DNA of 64,000 bases from Lama guanicoe. Taxonomy: Eukaryota. The position numbers were made by a program, and so were the translations under genes. This document shows, piece after piece, positions 1-13,576 of the stretch (its first letter is position 1; each line of letters opens with the position of its first letter). Where the stretch lies: assembly GCA_013239625.1 (NCBI GenBank), contig MU053934.1, positions 6,776,399-6,840,398 on the forward strand. Direction: 5' to 3'. The notes under the pieces were generated by a model. That model did not search any database, was not told the origin of the DNA, and worked only from the letters and a program-made list of their open reading frames with translations.

Positions 1-1294
1 AGCAGGGCAGAGATCTGGTGGGGCCTCCCAGAGGCAGGCAAGAGGCGGGCGAATCTGATAAACTAGTTCTTTTCCAGAGCCACTGCCTCCCCGGGCAGAC
101 GGCAGTGGCAACAGCGACAGCAGCAGTCACACCACGCAGCAGTGCTAAGGAGGGAGCAGAGCAGTGGGAATTCCTCCCTCCCTGCAGTGAGGCCATAAAC
201 CCGTCCCTCATCCCAGCTCTCAGGCTGCCAAGGGCTGCTCCCGTCTGCCCAGCAGCGGGGATGAGCGCCTGTCGAGTCTGGCACACACCTGCTTCAGAGT
301 GGCCACAGGACAGATGGCTGTGTAGGACCCAGGGCCCCACACTCCCCGCAGGAGGAAGAAGCTGTGGTTATTCAGGGCAGAGTAAGGAGAGCAGGGGGAC
401 AAAGTGAGGAGGGGAGTGGGGGATGAGGATGGGAGGGATGGGCCAGAATGCTGGGCCAGAATGTGGCTTCGTGCTGTGGCAGCAGGGGGCCATGGACGGT
501 ACTGGGAGGAGGGAGTATGGAGACAAAAACTGGGAACAGGATGGCCACAATAGACACATGGGGAAAGCTACCCAGGAGGCCAGGGCAGGGACACAGCGGG
601 GTAGAGACAGGACCTAGCTTTAGGTGGTGGCAGAGAAAACTGGAAAGCAGCCAAGGGCTGTCCATGGGGGAGGCCAGTACCCTCCCACACTCACCCTCCT
701 GAGTCCCCTCCCTTCACCTCCCCCTACCATTCCCTGATCCAAGCCAAGCCCTCAGAAAAGGGTAGCCACAAACTGGTTGGAAATGTCTAAGTGGGTGGCA
801 GAGAAAGTATAGGCTCAGGAGCTACGAGCTCCTAGCTTCTATACAGGTCCTGCCCCAGAGTAACAGGAAACTTACTCACTGTTCAGAGGCCCCAGGCCGC
901 CTGCTGGCCCCCCTCCCCCACCCTCCTCCACTGTGTAAGGGCTTAAGCCCTGGACAGCATCCCAGGCCCCAGCTCAGCCCCCTCCTCATCTGAGTGCCCT
1001 GTGGACTCTAACACACTGAGCTGACAGCTCCTGGTCCAGGGCCTCTCAGAGGGCCCACAAGTAGACCTGAGGCTGCAGAGGCCTACAGGTTACCACTTTC
1101 CCATGATGTGGGCCTCAGTTTCCCCATCTGCAGCATGGAGCAATGATCCTTTCTTCCAGTTTGTCAGAAAGGTTAAATGAAAGGTCACACAGTGAACTTG
1201 CCCAGCACAGGGCATGAACTAAGACCCTTCCCTGGGAGGCACTGACACCTTCAGCATGTCACCAGATGACTCACATTCCTCCCTAGCACCACAC

Positions 1295-1545
1295 TCTCCC
1301 TTCTACCTCAGGGCCTTTGCACATGCTGTTCCTCCTGCCTGGAACACTCTTCCCTGTGTCCCTCTCTCCTCTGGTTGTTCTGGACTCTGTTGCCACCTCC
1401 TCCAGGAAGTCCTCCCTGGCTCACCAGATGAGGTCTAGGTCCCATGAGTTTCTCTCACTAGAACGCAAACTTCATGAAGACAGGATGGTGACTGGCTTGC
1501 CCACTGCTGTGTGTTCTTATAAATATTTGCTGAATGAATGAGACA
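1295..1545 (+). mobile_element. L2 3' fragment
   Basis: ctcagggcctttgcacatgctgttcc.ctgcctggaacactct...ataaatatttgctgaatgaatga. Confidence 0.72.
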
Positions 1546-2859
1546 CAATGACAATCATGCAGACCTTCAGTGACAACACAGGGCCATCGGGTGATGGGGC
1601 CTGTCTTGAGGGCTGTGGGTGCCTGTCGAGGCCTCTGACTCAGACGGCAGACTCTAAGAAGGATTCCCAGAGAAGGTGACTCATTGGCCTGAAGTCTGAG
1701 ACTTAAAGATACAAAGAATACCCACTTTACAGATGGGGAAGCTGAGGTCTAGAGTTGGGGGCTGCCCTATAAGTAACCTGAGAAGCTGCCCCGCTCCACT
1801 GTCCAAGGTTCTGCCAGTCCCTTAGCCCCGGGTGGCCATCCCACTCCCCTGGGACTGCCCCACAGCCCACCCAGGGTGGTCTCCTCTCCCAGCCACCCTG
1901 GTAGCAGGGCTACTTGGGGCTTGGTGGTGCTGGGCATGCGCTTGCACGGCTGAGTTGGGCAGCTGGCAGTAGCGCAGCTCCAAACCAGCTGTTTGGATGA
2001 CAAACTGCATTCAAGCTTCATTAGGGTAATCACGGGCTCCCCTCCCGGCAGCGCCGCGGAGCGCGACTGTCAACCTGAACTAATCAAACCCGGCCCCAGG
2101 ACACCCGCCTGCCTGGCTGACAAGCCACTAAGCCGCTGAGCCACCTAGCGCTGCACATCTCCTGCACGGCTGCCAGCAGAGGCCCGGTCCAGCTGGGCCC
2201 TGGAGAAGGCGGGCTCACAGAGACCCACCCTACCCTGCCCAAGATCATGTGAACCTCAGAGGCCCCATCAGAGTAGGACGACTGTGACTGTCACTCATAT
2301 TTTTTACAGCTGCAGGGAAGTGATTTGACCAGGACTACACAGCTGTAAGAGGGTGAATCCGGGTTCAAGCCCAAGCCCCTCCACTCTTGTTCCCACTGCC
2401 TCCCACACCAGGGCAATCCTACTTTTTCCTTTCCTTCCCAGCCTAGCAGGCCAAGCCTGGAGCTCAGAGGCTGGGTCACTGCATGGCCTTGGCAAGACCT
2501 TTGATGGACTTGGGCCTTGAGCCCTTTGCCCCAACAAGGACATCAGGGGCTCTGGTAACGCAGGTGTGCAAAGCACCCTGCCAAGCAGTGAGACGAGCAC
2601 TCGAGCAGGCATTGCTGTCTCGGACAGAATCTCTCCTGTAGCCTGAGGTCACCTCCCTGCTCAGCTGGGCTGCCCCGAGGCATCTGCCGACCAAAGCCAG
2701 TCCATCTGTCCCACAGCTTCGAAATCAGAACTTGGCTGGAAGAGGTAGGTCTGGTGCCTTCGTTTGACAACTGGGGAAACTGAGGCCCAGAGAAGTAATA
2801 ACAGAGACAATGGAATGTAGTGGAAAGAGTATGAACTTTAGAGGCAGATGGACATACAG

Positions 2860-3370
2860 TCATTCACTCATGCATCCATCCATTCACTCATTCAACAAAT
2901 ACTAAGAGACTTCAGCATGGCAGGCACTCCGTCATCTGCTGAATGAACAGATGACTAGAAGGATGGGTGAGTGAATCAATGAACATGCTGGGGACGCAGC
3001 CATGAACCCAGCAGAGACCATCCCTGCCTCCCAGAGTTTACTGTCTAGTGGGAGAAGCAGATGCTTAACAGACAGTTAATTACAATTGACACCGGCAGAG
3101 AAGAAAAAGCATGAACCAGCCTCATGACATCCAGCAGTGGGGCCCAGCCTGGTCGGGGGAAGTCCAGACAGCCAGGTTGAAGGAGGTGACACTCCAGGTG
3201 GGCACTGAAAGGAAGCTGAAGGCAGACAGGAGGAAGGAACAGCATGTGAAAAGGCCCTGAGATAGGAAGGAGTTTAGGGCTCTTGAGGATGAAAGGTGCA
3301 TCCGTCTGTGTGGCTGGAGGGCAGGGAGAGGGGCAGGAGCCAGCACAGAGGAGCCACTGGAGGGTTGTGG
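2860..3370 (-). mobile_element. L2 3' fragment
   Basis: cattcactcattcaacaaatac...ggaaggaacagcatgtgaaaaggccctgag. Confidence 0.7.
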
Positions 3371-3439
3371 GCAGAGTCAGCAGGAGGGTTCAAATTCCAG
3401 TTCTGCCGACTTTTGCTAGATCAACAGCACAGACAACCC

Positions 3440-3745
3440 ACCCAGACGTGCTGAGCAAGAGTGGCAGACGTGAAAGCAGGCATACTGTGCAATTTCGTTC
3501 ACATGAAGAGCAGAGACGGACAAAGCCGGCCTCCACTGTTAGATGCCAGGTGGACGGATGTCAGTAGCAGGTGGGTGAAAACCAGAAGGGGTGTGAGGGA
3601 GCCTCCTGGGGTGCTGGGAAAGTTCTAGATCTGGACGTGGATGGGGGTTACAAGGTTACACATGTATGTGAAAATCTATACAGCTATGCACTAGGATTTG
3701 TGCACTTTTCTGTACTAAGTTATACCTCCAAAAACAGAAAATTAC
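3440..3745 (+). mobile_element. Old L1M 3' UTR fragment
   Basis: Resembles L1MC/ME 3' ends (gttctagatctggacgtggatggggg...tttgtgcacttttctgta...tatacctc aaaa). Confidence 0.65.
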
Positions 3746-6700
3746 AAAATCCTAGCTCTGCCACCCTGCCTCTCTCAGTCTGCTTCTGCATCTGCGAAAC
3801 AAGGGCAGTGACAGGACTTGCCTCGCTGCACAAAGGGTTCAAGAGGATGGTGTGTACCCAGGCTGTGCACAAGCCTGGCCGACAGCCAGTGAACCAAGAG
3901 TGCAGGGCACGCCAAAACAGAAATGCACCTGGTCTCCCTCACACCTTGGCCCTCTATGGGGGCCTCATCTGCAAGGGGCCAGTAGTCTTCACTTGGCTCA
4001 GGGGCAGCAGAGAAAAAGAGGTAACACCTCTCCTATCCAAGCCTCTGTGAAGCCCCTACTCCTAGCCACAAACTTGAGAATAATTCAGACTGTGGCCCCC
4101 ATGGTTCTCATGTGCCTCTCCCAGCTCTGCACACAGTAGGTACTGAACCAGCCACCCAGTGCCCAAAGCCATACACAGGGGTCAGTAGGACCAAGGACAA
4201 GCCTAAGCCTCTAGGTGCCCATCCTTGTGGGTACACGGTAGGCCCTTTCTGCACACCTACTATGTGCCAGGCCCAGCCCAGGGCCTCCCCTCTAGGAGGA
4301 ATGCCAGTCCACCGTGATGGCTCCTCCACGGGCCACCGGGATTCTGGACAACCAGGATGGGGGCAGTGGGAACCCAGGCTGAGGGGCAGGGGAGCTGGAG
4401 CTTAGGGCAGATTCCTGTGGGAACAGGCTCTGTGAGGTCATGAATGAGCCGCCGGACAATGTAACATCACCCTTGACATCACAGGGAACACTGGAGGTAG
4501 GCAGAGGCCTGATTCCCTGTCTGGGGCCTGAACATCTCACTGGTCCCTAGAGACTTTGGGCAGTGTTGGGATATCAGATGGTGTCATTGCCAACTTCCCT
4601 CTGGGCTCCGCTATCCTCAGGGCCTTTTTAATATCATTTTCTCATGAGTCTGCCAATGACCTGAGGATGGGTCTTGGGGTTCAGGATTACCATCAGGCTC
4701 CATTTTACAGAGGAGAAAACTGGGGCTTGGAGAAATGTGGTATCCCAGGACTACCCCGGATGGCTGGGATCCCCACGGTCACTGCGCCAGGTACAGCCTA
4801 ACCTCCCAGAGGGGGAAGCCAGTGGGGCTTGTTCCCTGTCTTCCCCACCACCGGGGGACCGCTCATTCATAGCCAGTTCACTCACTCAGTGAGTCAGTCA
4901 ACAAACACCAACACAGCACCCACCATATGTCATAGGCACTGTTCTAGGAGCTGAAGGTAGAACACTGAACAAAGCTGCTGGGACACAGATTCCAAACCAA
5001 CAACAGCCCACCCAATGCCACTCCTGTGCCAGGGGCTGCACTATTACCCAATTTAATCTCTGAGCAGCCTCATTAGAAGGCTTGCCATGCCCATTTTACA
5101 GATGAGGGCACAAAGGCTGAAATTCAGTGAATGTCTGAGGCTGGGCTCACAGCCTTTAAGGGGAGCAGGATCTCACCCCAGGCTTGCAGGCTCCTCATTC
5201 CCATCTGCCGAGTGAGTGTCAGCCCTTCACCTGCATCACCCCACAGGACTCATCCCGTGTCTCTGGCTCAGGCCCCGGCTGGGTACAGACCCCAGCTGCA
5301 TGCTCCTAGGCTCATAATTGAACTTGACTTTTGCCTTTGCCTATGTTCCTGGGATCTGAGCTCCACGGGGCCACCACAGACCATCCCTACCCCTGAGGAC
5401 CCTACTCAAATCAGTTCAGCCCCAGTGAAGACCCCAGCTCTGTGCTGGCTCCAGTGAAGCACGCAGAGTAAGGGAGACACACAAGAAAGCAGACAGCACC
5501 ACACGGAATGCTCTCCCCCACGCTTCCCATGGCTGGCAACTTCTCTTCCCTTGGGTCTCAGATAAAAGCTTCCCTGACCACTCTGCCTCCATTAGTGCCC
5601 CCCACACCCTCTGACCAGCCTCCTTCAGCTTTCCTACACAGCCCTGTCCACAGTCCGGCACTAGATACGTTTCTGCTTGTTTACTGCATGGCTGTCTTTC
5701 CCGCCATACTGTGAGTGCTGGGACCTGGTCTGTTTTATTCACAACTGCCTCACTCCTCCATCACCCCCAGCACAATATCTGATGCGTAGTAGGTCTTCAA
5801 TATCCTTATTAAGTGAATAAATCTGCTGAATGAATGTTGCAGAGGGAAAAGCCCAGGGGTTGTGAGAACACAGCAGGGACATGTGCTACCTGAGTTGGGG
5901 GAAGGCGGAAGTGTTCCAGGCAGAAGGCACAATAGAGGCAAGGGCCTGAAGGGCCTCAAGGGCCTCGTGGCAACACCTGGGCTCTGGGGACCTGTAAGTG
6001 CAGTTGCTGAGCATGAGAGGAACCCAGAGTGTGAGACAGGAAGGCGAGCAGAGTCCCAGAGAGGGGGACGGGGGGCTCCAGCTCTGGGGCAGGGGTCTCC
6101 CAGCATCCAGATCACCTCCCAGCCCTGCCTGGATCAGCTTGACACCCCAGCCTACAGGCACCAGGAGCACAATCTTGGGTGCCCACCCACAGGCCAGGGA
6201 GCCAGCCCACCACCCATGCAGGCTACAGCCTGTGACCTTGGCCCCATTACCATGGCCTCTTCCAGCAGAGCAAACCAGTTGGCACCAAGGGACAGAGCAG
6301 CTAGGATGAGCTTATCACTGCAGAGGGTGACATGGATAGCAGGCTATGTCACTTATGTGCCCCGGCCAGCGGGTGGGCAGGTGGTGGTGGTGGCAGGAAT
6401 TGGCTGTATTCAAGGCAGCAAACAGCTCTCACATCCCATACCAGCACCACCTGGTACGCTCTGGCACAGCTGGGGTGGTCAGGTGGGAAAAACCACTCCA
6501 GACAACTTCCCTCTCTCCAGACCCAGGCCAGGCCTTGGCTCCTGCCTCCCTCCCCCTTGAATCACTTCAGCTCGACCCCTGGACCCCTTCACCCAGATGT
6601 CCCCCAGCTCAGGCCTGCTCCAGGCATCCCACCTCCCCAAATGGCAATTCCATCTCCCAAGGCATTCAGTCCAGAAACTGGCACCCAGCCCTGGCCTCCT

Positions 6701-6879
6701 CTATCCCACCTCCCCAGAGTACACGGACTTTCTCAGCTCCAGCCCCACTACCATCTCCCTTCTTCCCTGATTTCTGCCTCCAGATCTGCTACTGAGACCC
6801 TCTAAAGATTCCCCATCACAGGGATAATAAAGCCCAAGTCCCTTCCTTTCTGCCTTCTGCCCCTTGAAAGGCCAAACTC

Positions 6880-7215
6880 AGACCTGCCACAGGGTCTTTG
6901 CACCTGCCTCTGCCTGGGGTGCTCCTCCCCCTGACCTCCCATGGCTCGCCCTCGTCCTTCAGGTCTCAGTTCAAACGTCTCTTCTTAGAGAGGCCTCCCC
7001 CAGAGCACCCCCGCCAGTGGTACCCACATGCCCACCCCACTCCAGTCACCATCACTTGACTTTCACATTCTCATGTATCTGCTTTCTTGCTCATTGTATG
7101 TCTCTCCACCAGCCTGGGAGCTGCTTGACTCCATGGCCATGTGTAAGTGGTCACTTGCTGTGTCTTCAGAGCCTGGCACATAGTAGGGGCTCCATAAATC
7201 TCGACAATGAATGAC
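6880..7215 (+). mobile_element. L2 3' fragment
   Basis: ccacagggtctttgcacctgc...tcaggtctcagttcaaacgtc...cctggcacatagtagggctccataaat...aatgaatga. Confidence 0.72.
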
Positions 7216-7764
7216 TGCACGAACTGCCAGTCTCCCGGGACCCTGTGGATGCCGCAGTCTTGTATTCAAGGCCCCTGTGATCTGGCCTTTGCCTACTTCC
7301 CCAGTCTTGACTCTGAGGCTCCTCTTCTCACTCTGATTGCCAGACTCACACTGTGCTGGGATGCCCTCCCTGTTCCTTCTCTGCCAGCAAAGTCCTACTT
7401 ATCCTCTCCACCACACCTTCTCTGACCTGCCCAAGCCCATGCCTCCAGCTCCTGCCTGTCTCTCCCACAGTCCTCAGCACCTTCAGTCTATACCCCAGCT
7501 CAATCTGGCATTCAGAGTCTGGCATCAGCTTCCATCCCCCACCTCCTTTACTGTCACTTGTGCTGACAAGCCCTGGTGCCACAGGCAGTACTTGTTGTCC
7601 CCCTATGTCCTGCACTTTCACATCTCCATGCCTTTGATCCCTGCTGTTCCCTCTGCCTCAGTGCTTTTCCTCCTTGTCTCTACTGCACAAACTCCTATTC
7701 ATCTTTCAAGACCCAACTCAAAATGTCACCTCTTATAAAACCCTATCTGGTTTTTCCCATCCAT

Positions 7765-8160
7765 CGGGACTCTTGGTTGCAAGAAAAAGAAATCAACTCA
7801 AGACAGCTTAAGCAAAAAATTGGAACATGTCTGTTTATGTAACTAAAAACTCCAGGGGTGGTTTCAGGCATAGCTGGATCCAGAGGCCCAAATAAAGTAA
7901 TATATACTTCCATCTCAGCTCTCCCTCCCTCCATGTGATGACCTTATTGGAGATTCCGCACCCTAAGCATGGTCATGAAAGAGGACAGCCAGCAGTCCCA
8001 TATGCACACCCTCTGGGCTTAGCAACAGCCAGGTCAGTCTCCCCCACAGTCTTGAAGTCAAAGTTCCAAGGAACACACTGAAGGCTCAGATGGGCCATGT
8101 GCCCATTTCTCAACCAATCATTGTGACCAGTAGGATGGGATGTTTGGACTCAGCCTGGGC
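7765..8160 (-). mobile_element. Old MLT1 (J/K-like) LTR fragment
   Basis: ggactcttggttgcaag...gcttaagcaaaaa...ttcaggcatagctggatccagagg...aaccaatcattgtgacca. Confidence 0.7.
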
Positions 8161-11100
8161 AGTGGAAGACTGTGGGTCCCAGGACCTCTGGGTACCAGGA
8201 AGACAACCCCCTCGGGTCCTGGTCCCACTCTGAACACACCTCCCCCTCATCCCCACTCATCTTCACGCTGTGGGTTCTGTCTAACCTGCTGAGGCCCTGG
8301 ATGTTCCCAGCTTCACGGGACAAAGAATTCCATCTCCCTCACTGCTGGTTCCGGGTGCCTACTCGGTGACAGCCCCAGAAGGCAGCCTGAGAAACTTTGC
8401 CTGATTGAATGAAGGTCGGCTGCGCAGAGACTACACGTGCTGGGTGTGTAATAACGGGTTAACCATCACCCCTGGCAGGCAGCAGATCTGCATTTTCACG
8501 GAGGCCTCAGGGGGACACAAAGCTTAAATGGCAATGCAGAAAGTCTAAAGGGGGGTGTCCCGGGGGCCCTGCAGAGCCCAGTCCCAGCAGCCCGGCCTGG
8601 CCTGCGGGGGCCACTCGGCCAATCCCGAAGAGCTCGCTAAGGGGCTGAGAGTGCAAGGGCTGGGAAAATAATTACCGAGGAGGCCCGGGAGGGAGGCGGG
8701 GAGGCTGGCGAGAGGCTTAATGAAACTGCTAACGTGTTAGTGATTCCTGCCTGCTCGGGAAGGCGGAGGCAGACAGCCATGTTGCCAGCTCCTGCGACTG
8801 AGTCTGCCAGGCGGGACGGGCTGGGCACGGCGCGAGGCGGCAACAATAGGCACCTCTTCATCATCTGCCTCTCAACACGTGACTTTCAAAGGGCAATCTT
8901 AATACACTGAAGTCTGGATGACAGTATATTTTAACACATCTCATATTAAATCCGGCTGGAGTCCATTCACATGCACTATGAACAGAAGGGCTAAAATTCT
9001 GATTAAATGCGGAGAGATCTAAGGACCAGGGTGAGCAGGGTGTCTGGTCCCATTTTCCAGACAGGAAAAAAGCCCTAGAAAATCACCCACCTCTGGGAAA
9101 ACAGGGTTGTTCCAAGAAAGCATCCAGCCCTGGAGTCCTCCCGTGAGCAGCCCCCTGCCCCCACCACACACCACACATCTTTTCATTCTCAGAAGAGCTC
9201 CGTGAGGCAGGCAGACGCCACGACCTCCTTTAACAGATGTGTCCAAAGAGTCTTGCTCAAAGTCACAACACAAGGCCAAGGGGGCAAGAGCACCATCCAG
9301 GGCTGACTCTGGGTCCAATGCTCCATCCTCCACACTAGGTGGGCACTTAAGGATCAGTGCAATCTGCACTGTGGTTTTCAGTTTACAACATTTCATTTTA
9401 GCTCCAGATGAGAAAACAAAGGCACAGAGAGGTTCAGTGATGCGCCCAAGTCCACACAGCTGGTTGGCTACAGAGCAAAGACTCAGAGCTGGGTTTCCTG
9501 ACTCCAAAACCATGAGCTTTTCATTCAAACATTCCACGGTGTCCAGGGTGTGCTTAGTACCCCCTGTACCCCCTGGGGGGTTGACAGAGAGACTTGGCGC
9601 TGCAGAGAACCCCCACTCCACTTAATCAGGGTTCTCTGGTGGAGCAAACAGAAGCTGGGGCAAATGCCTAACGCAGAAATGACCATGAAATGGTGCCACT
9701 GTGTTCCACTCTGTCAGACTTGCGCCTGGCATGCAGCACAGTGCTGTCCCCACTGTGCAAGTAAGGAAACTGAGGCTTGGAGAAGTGAAGCCACATGACT
9801 TACAGAGACTAGTGAGCAGCACAGCCTGAACCATCCAACCATCCCACTGGGGAGCCTTGGCCCAGCAGCCATGTACCCCCTGCCCTGAGCAGGCATCTGG
9901 CCACCCAGGTGCTCCTGGAACCCAGTCCGAGGTACAGGCTGGAGGCCAGTGACACCAGGTACCAAGTCGGGCTCAGCCCCCTCCGCCCACCCCTGGACGC
10001 ACAGGAAAGGCTAGGTGACAGGAGTGGGAGTGGGGAGTAGGTCTTAGTCCTTCCACACTCAGCAACAGCTTGCTCCCATACTCATCAAAGCCTGCTCTGG
10101 GGGACTGAGGGGGCCAGGAATGTGGTGCCCCTTTATCAGAGTCTAGTGCAGACAAGGTCTGCAAAGAAAGGCTGGACCATCTCTATCTCACGGGTGACCC
10201 CTTGGAGCCTTCCAGATACCCTCAGGCTTGAGGAGACTCCTTTGTAGCAGCTCATTTACTCCTGGGTTGGTTTCCCCAGGGAGGGCTCCAGAGGGTGAAG
10301 CCACTTCTGAACCCTCTGTGGGTACAAGACCCCAGTGCAGGAGACATGTCCTGAATGAACGAGTGAACGAATGATGGAACTAGCCCATGCCCCTTGACCT
10401 GCTGCTGCAGTCACTTCCCACAGCAGCTCCTGCCCAGCACAGAGGCTCTGTTTCTGTCCACCTAAAGGGACTCCCACCCAATGAGACCAGCCTTGGCCCT
10501 CAACCATTGCCAGACAGGGAAACTGAAGCTCAGAGAGCCCAGGGCCTCACGGGAGGTGGCAGCACAAAGATTCGGACCCAGAGAGCTGGACTTTAGTCTG
10601 TGCCTCAGCCCCAGACTCTCACTTGTCCTCATTTTGAAAGACAAATCCACACATGCTCCCTTTTCTGACCCCACTCACCCCAGGGGGCACGACCATGCCC
10701 CTCCCATGGATGAGGATACTTGGGTGCAGAGAGTCGAGGGCTTAACTCAAGGTCACGTGGTGATCAGGATGCACAGGTCTCAAATCCCTCTGATCTTCCC
10801 ACCCTCATCATCCATTCCATGCACCAAAGCTGCCTCCTTCCCCATCATCAACGCAGCAAAGGAGAAGGGGCGGGGGAGAGGGAGGGAGTGAGGCGGGAAG
10901 CCCCCCTCCACCCCAGCCCTCAGCGGGCTCCTTTCTGGTCAGGGGAAAGGCCTCTAATGAAGGCCCCACAGATGCCGCTGATCTGGCGGTGTCAGCCTGG
11001 GAGCCCTGTGGAGCTGCAGGGCGCGCATCTCTGCTCCCAATTAGCACACAGGTCCTCCATCAAAGCGCACGCCTGCTGCCAGGAGCAGAGGCCAGAGGGA

Positions 11101-13094
11101 CGGCCCTTCTAACAGTAGGAGGAGGCCACGGCTCTCAGGCAGGCCCTGGCCCCTGCACCTCGCCTTTCTGGGGGAGTGCGAACCCCCAATCCCCTCACTC
11201 ACTCACACCCTCTCCAATCAGCCAGCTCAGGGCAGACGCCGTCACCCCGGGGGACGCGCTAATGAAGATGGCCGACATTAATCTCTTCCCTCTCCCGACA
11301 GGTCAATTTATAGTTCCATGGGGAGCCCTGGCACTCGGCCAGAGGGCCTGACATAACTCTCCCTGTTCCCCAGGAGGACGGCGGGGGTGGGCTCGATGAG
11401 GCAGAGGGGGCTGGGGGCCCCAGAGACAGGGTAAGGAGGACCCTTCCACCTGACTGCCCACATCACTGCCCCAACAAATTCAGGTGGGGCCTTGGCCCCT
11501 GAATGCAATTGCTGCGGGTCAAGCCCTGCAGGTCTCTGAGAGCAAATTTGATCCTTGGCTCCTCAATCCAAGGCACCCTGCTCTCCATCAGGAAACCCCA
11601 AGGAGGCAAGAGGCTTGTGATTTCCCACTCCTCACAGACTCCCATGGGGTTATGAGAGCCCCTCCAAGGAGCGTTTGTTCATCTGCTTCTGACAGACTCC
11701 CCCGGTGTTCATTCATCAAAGATCACTGAGCTGGCCAGAGCTCCCAGCCCTGTGGGGGAGGCTGCCTTAGAAGCAGGCTGTCCCATGCTACACTATGCTG
11801 AGAGCCACAACGGAGGGACTCACCAGGAGCTGGGAGTGCCCACGGGAAGGAGCATGTGCTGCACCCACCCGAGAGAGGTGGGGGCCTGGGACAACCATGG
11901 GGAGGAGAGGACACAGCAGGGCCCTGAGGAGGAGCAGGAGTTCAGCAGGCCAGAAGATACAAGGGAGGGGCTGTTTGGGGATGAGACCATCTCAGTCTCA
12001 GGGGAGACCCAGTGCTCAGGGGCTGTGTGACCAGAGGACATCCGGCTCACAGGGGTGAGGATGCAGCCGGGGCAGGCCGACCACAGAGAAGCCTAGCCTC
12101 AAGAGACAGCTCAGGAGTCTGGCCTAGTTTAGGTTTGGCGACAACTGAGGCGTTCAGAAGCTCAGAGCTGCATTTAGAAAGACAGCTTTTGCTATGGTAT
12201 CCCAGACCAATGGTCGAGGCTGGAGAAGAGAGGTGGGACTATCCAGGTCAGAGGGTAAAAGGAAGGAGAGATGCTTGAGGGGTAGAACCAATGGAACCCT
12301 CTGACTGATTAGATGGATGGATAGGTAGAAGTGTCTGGAAGGCCACAGATCATTGGTCTGGAGTAGGATAAGCAACTGGACCTCATGCTAAACTTGTGAG
12401 TCTGGAAGTTCCCAGCAGGCCCCCAAACTCAGGCCTAGGCTTGGGAGAAGCTAGGACTCAAATGTTGCAAAATTCAGAGCACTGGACTCCTCCTCCAGGA
12501 TGGAACTCATTTCCTCGGCAGAGGTGAAGCCAGGGGACTGCCACTGCCACCCTAGACACTGCAGGAGGAAGCAGGGGCCTGGCAAAGGCAGAACGTGGAG
12601 CCAGGCAGCCCCACAACGCTGGACAGAGCCCTCCTGCGAGAAGCATATGGGCCAGGCTGCCCCACCTCCTCCACTGTCAGAGCCCAGTTCTGGTTCTGGT
12701 GCGCCATGAGTCCCTGCTGAAGGGAAGCCTTTTTCTTTCAGGCCCTGGACCCTCCCCATCCCACCCCCCTTCAGGGCTACCCACCAGGTCTCATCTAATC
12801 CCCTCAGTAACCCTGAGAATGACCCCACTTTCCTAGGCTGGAGACTCAGGCCCAGAGAGCCTAAGGGACTTGCTCAAAGCTTCAGCTTCTAGGTGCCAGA
12901 GTCAAGCTGGAACCAGGGTCTAAATGACCCCAAAGCACACACTCTTAAAGAAAGGGGAAAAAAGAACAAGGCTGAAATAAAGAACCTAAACGCTTACAGT
13001 GGCTCCATTATGGTGGTGGGACAATGGCTGATTTTTTTTCCTTCTTTTCTACAATGAAATATTCATACCCTCACTCAGTGGCTGTGTGTGCCCT

Positions 13095-13292
13095 AGTGGG
13101 GAGAGCTCCAGCTTTGGCGTCAAGCAGCCCAGGGGTCAAATCCTGGCTTGGCCACTTCCTAGTCGGGACCCATGAGCAAGCTATTTGCCTGTTCTAGCCT
13201 CCGTTTTCTCATCTGTACAATGGGGACAAAAAAACCCCACTTCAGATGAGCCAGTCACGCCCGGCGCACAGTAGGCACGCAGTAAGTGCGAG
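13095..13292 (+). mobile_element. MIR SINE
   Basis: gtcaaatcctggcttggccacttcctag...gcctccgttttctcatctgtacaatgggga. Confidence 0.72.
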
Positions 13293-13462
13293 CCTTAGAG
13301 CATCACACCCCCGCGTTCTCACCACCAGCCCTGCCTCCAGAGGGAACTTGAGACGCCCCCACGTGCCAGACGCTGGCGTTGGGCGGGCACCGGGTCCCGG
13401 GGGCGGGCGCCCACCCATCCACCCTTCTGTCTCACCCCGCCACGCCCGCGCTGCCCCCTTAC

Positions 13463-13576
13463 CCTGGCGGCCGGAGGGCCGGCATCGGTCCCGCAGGAGA
13501 GCCCGGGCAGCTGGGCCGGGCTCCGGAGCGCCGGGCCCGGGCGCGGGCGCGGGCAGGGCGCGCGGGGGCGCGGGCC
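13463..13576 (-). other. TCF20: Probable non-coding first exon (3' part visible), likely the distal TCF20 5' exon
   Basis: Strong donor CCAGG|GTAAGG at 13463/13462 inside the CpG island. The gene name is inferred from the recalled order TCF20-LINC01315-NFAM1 (all minus strand); no TCF20 coding sequence is in the window. Confidence 0.5.

Noticed and set aside
5862..6560. 232-aa plus-strand ORF
   Set aside because: Starts in L2-derived sequence, has no recognisable domain or exon structure, and is expected by chance at this GC content.
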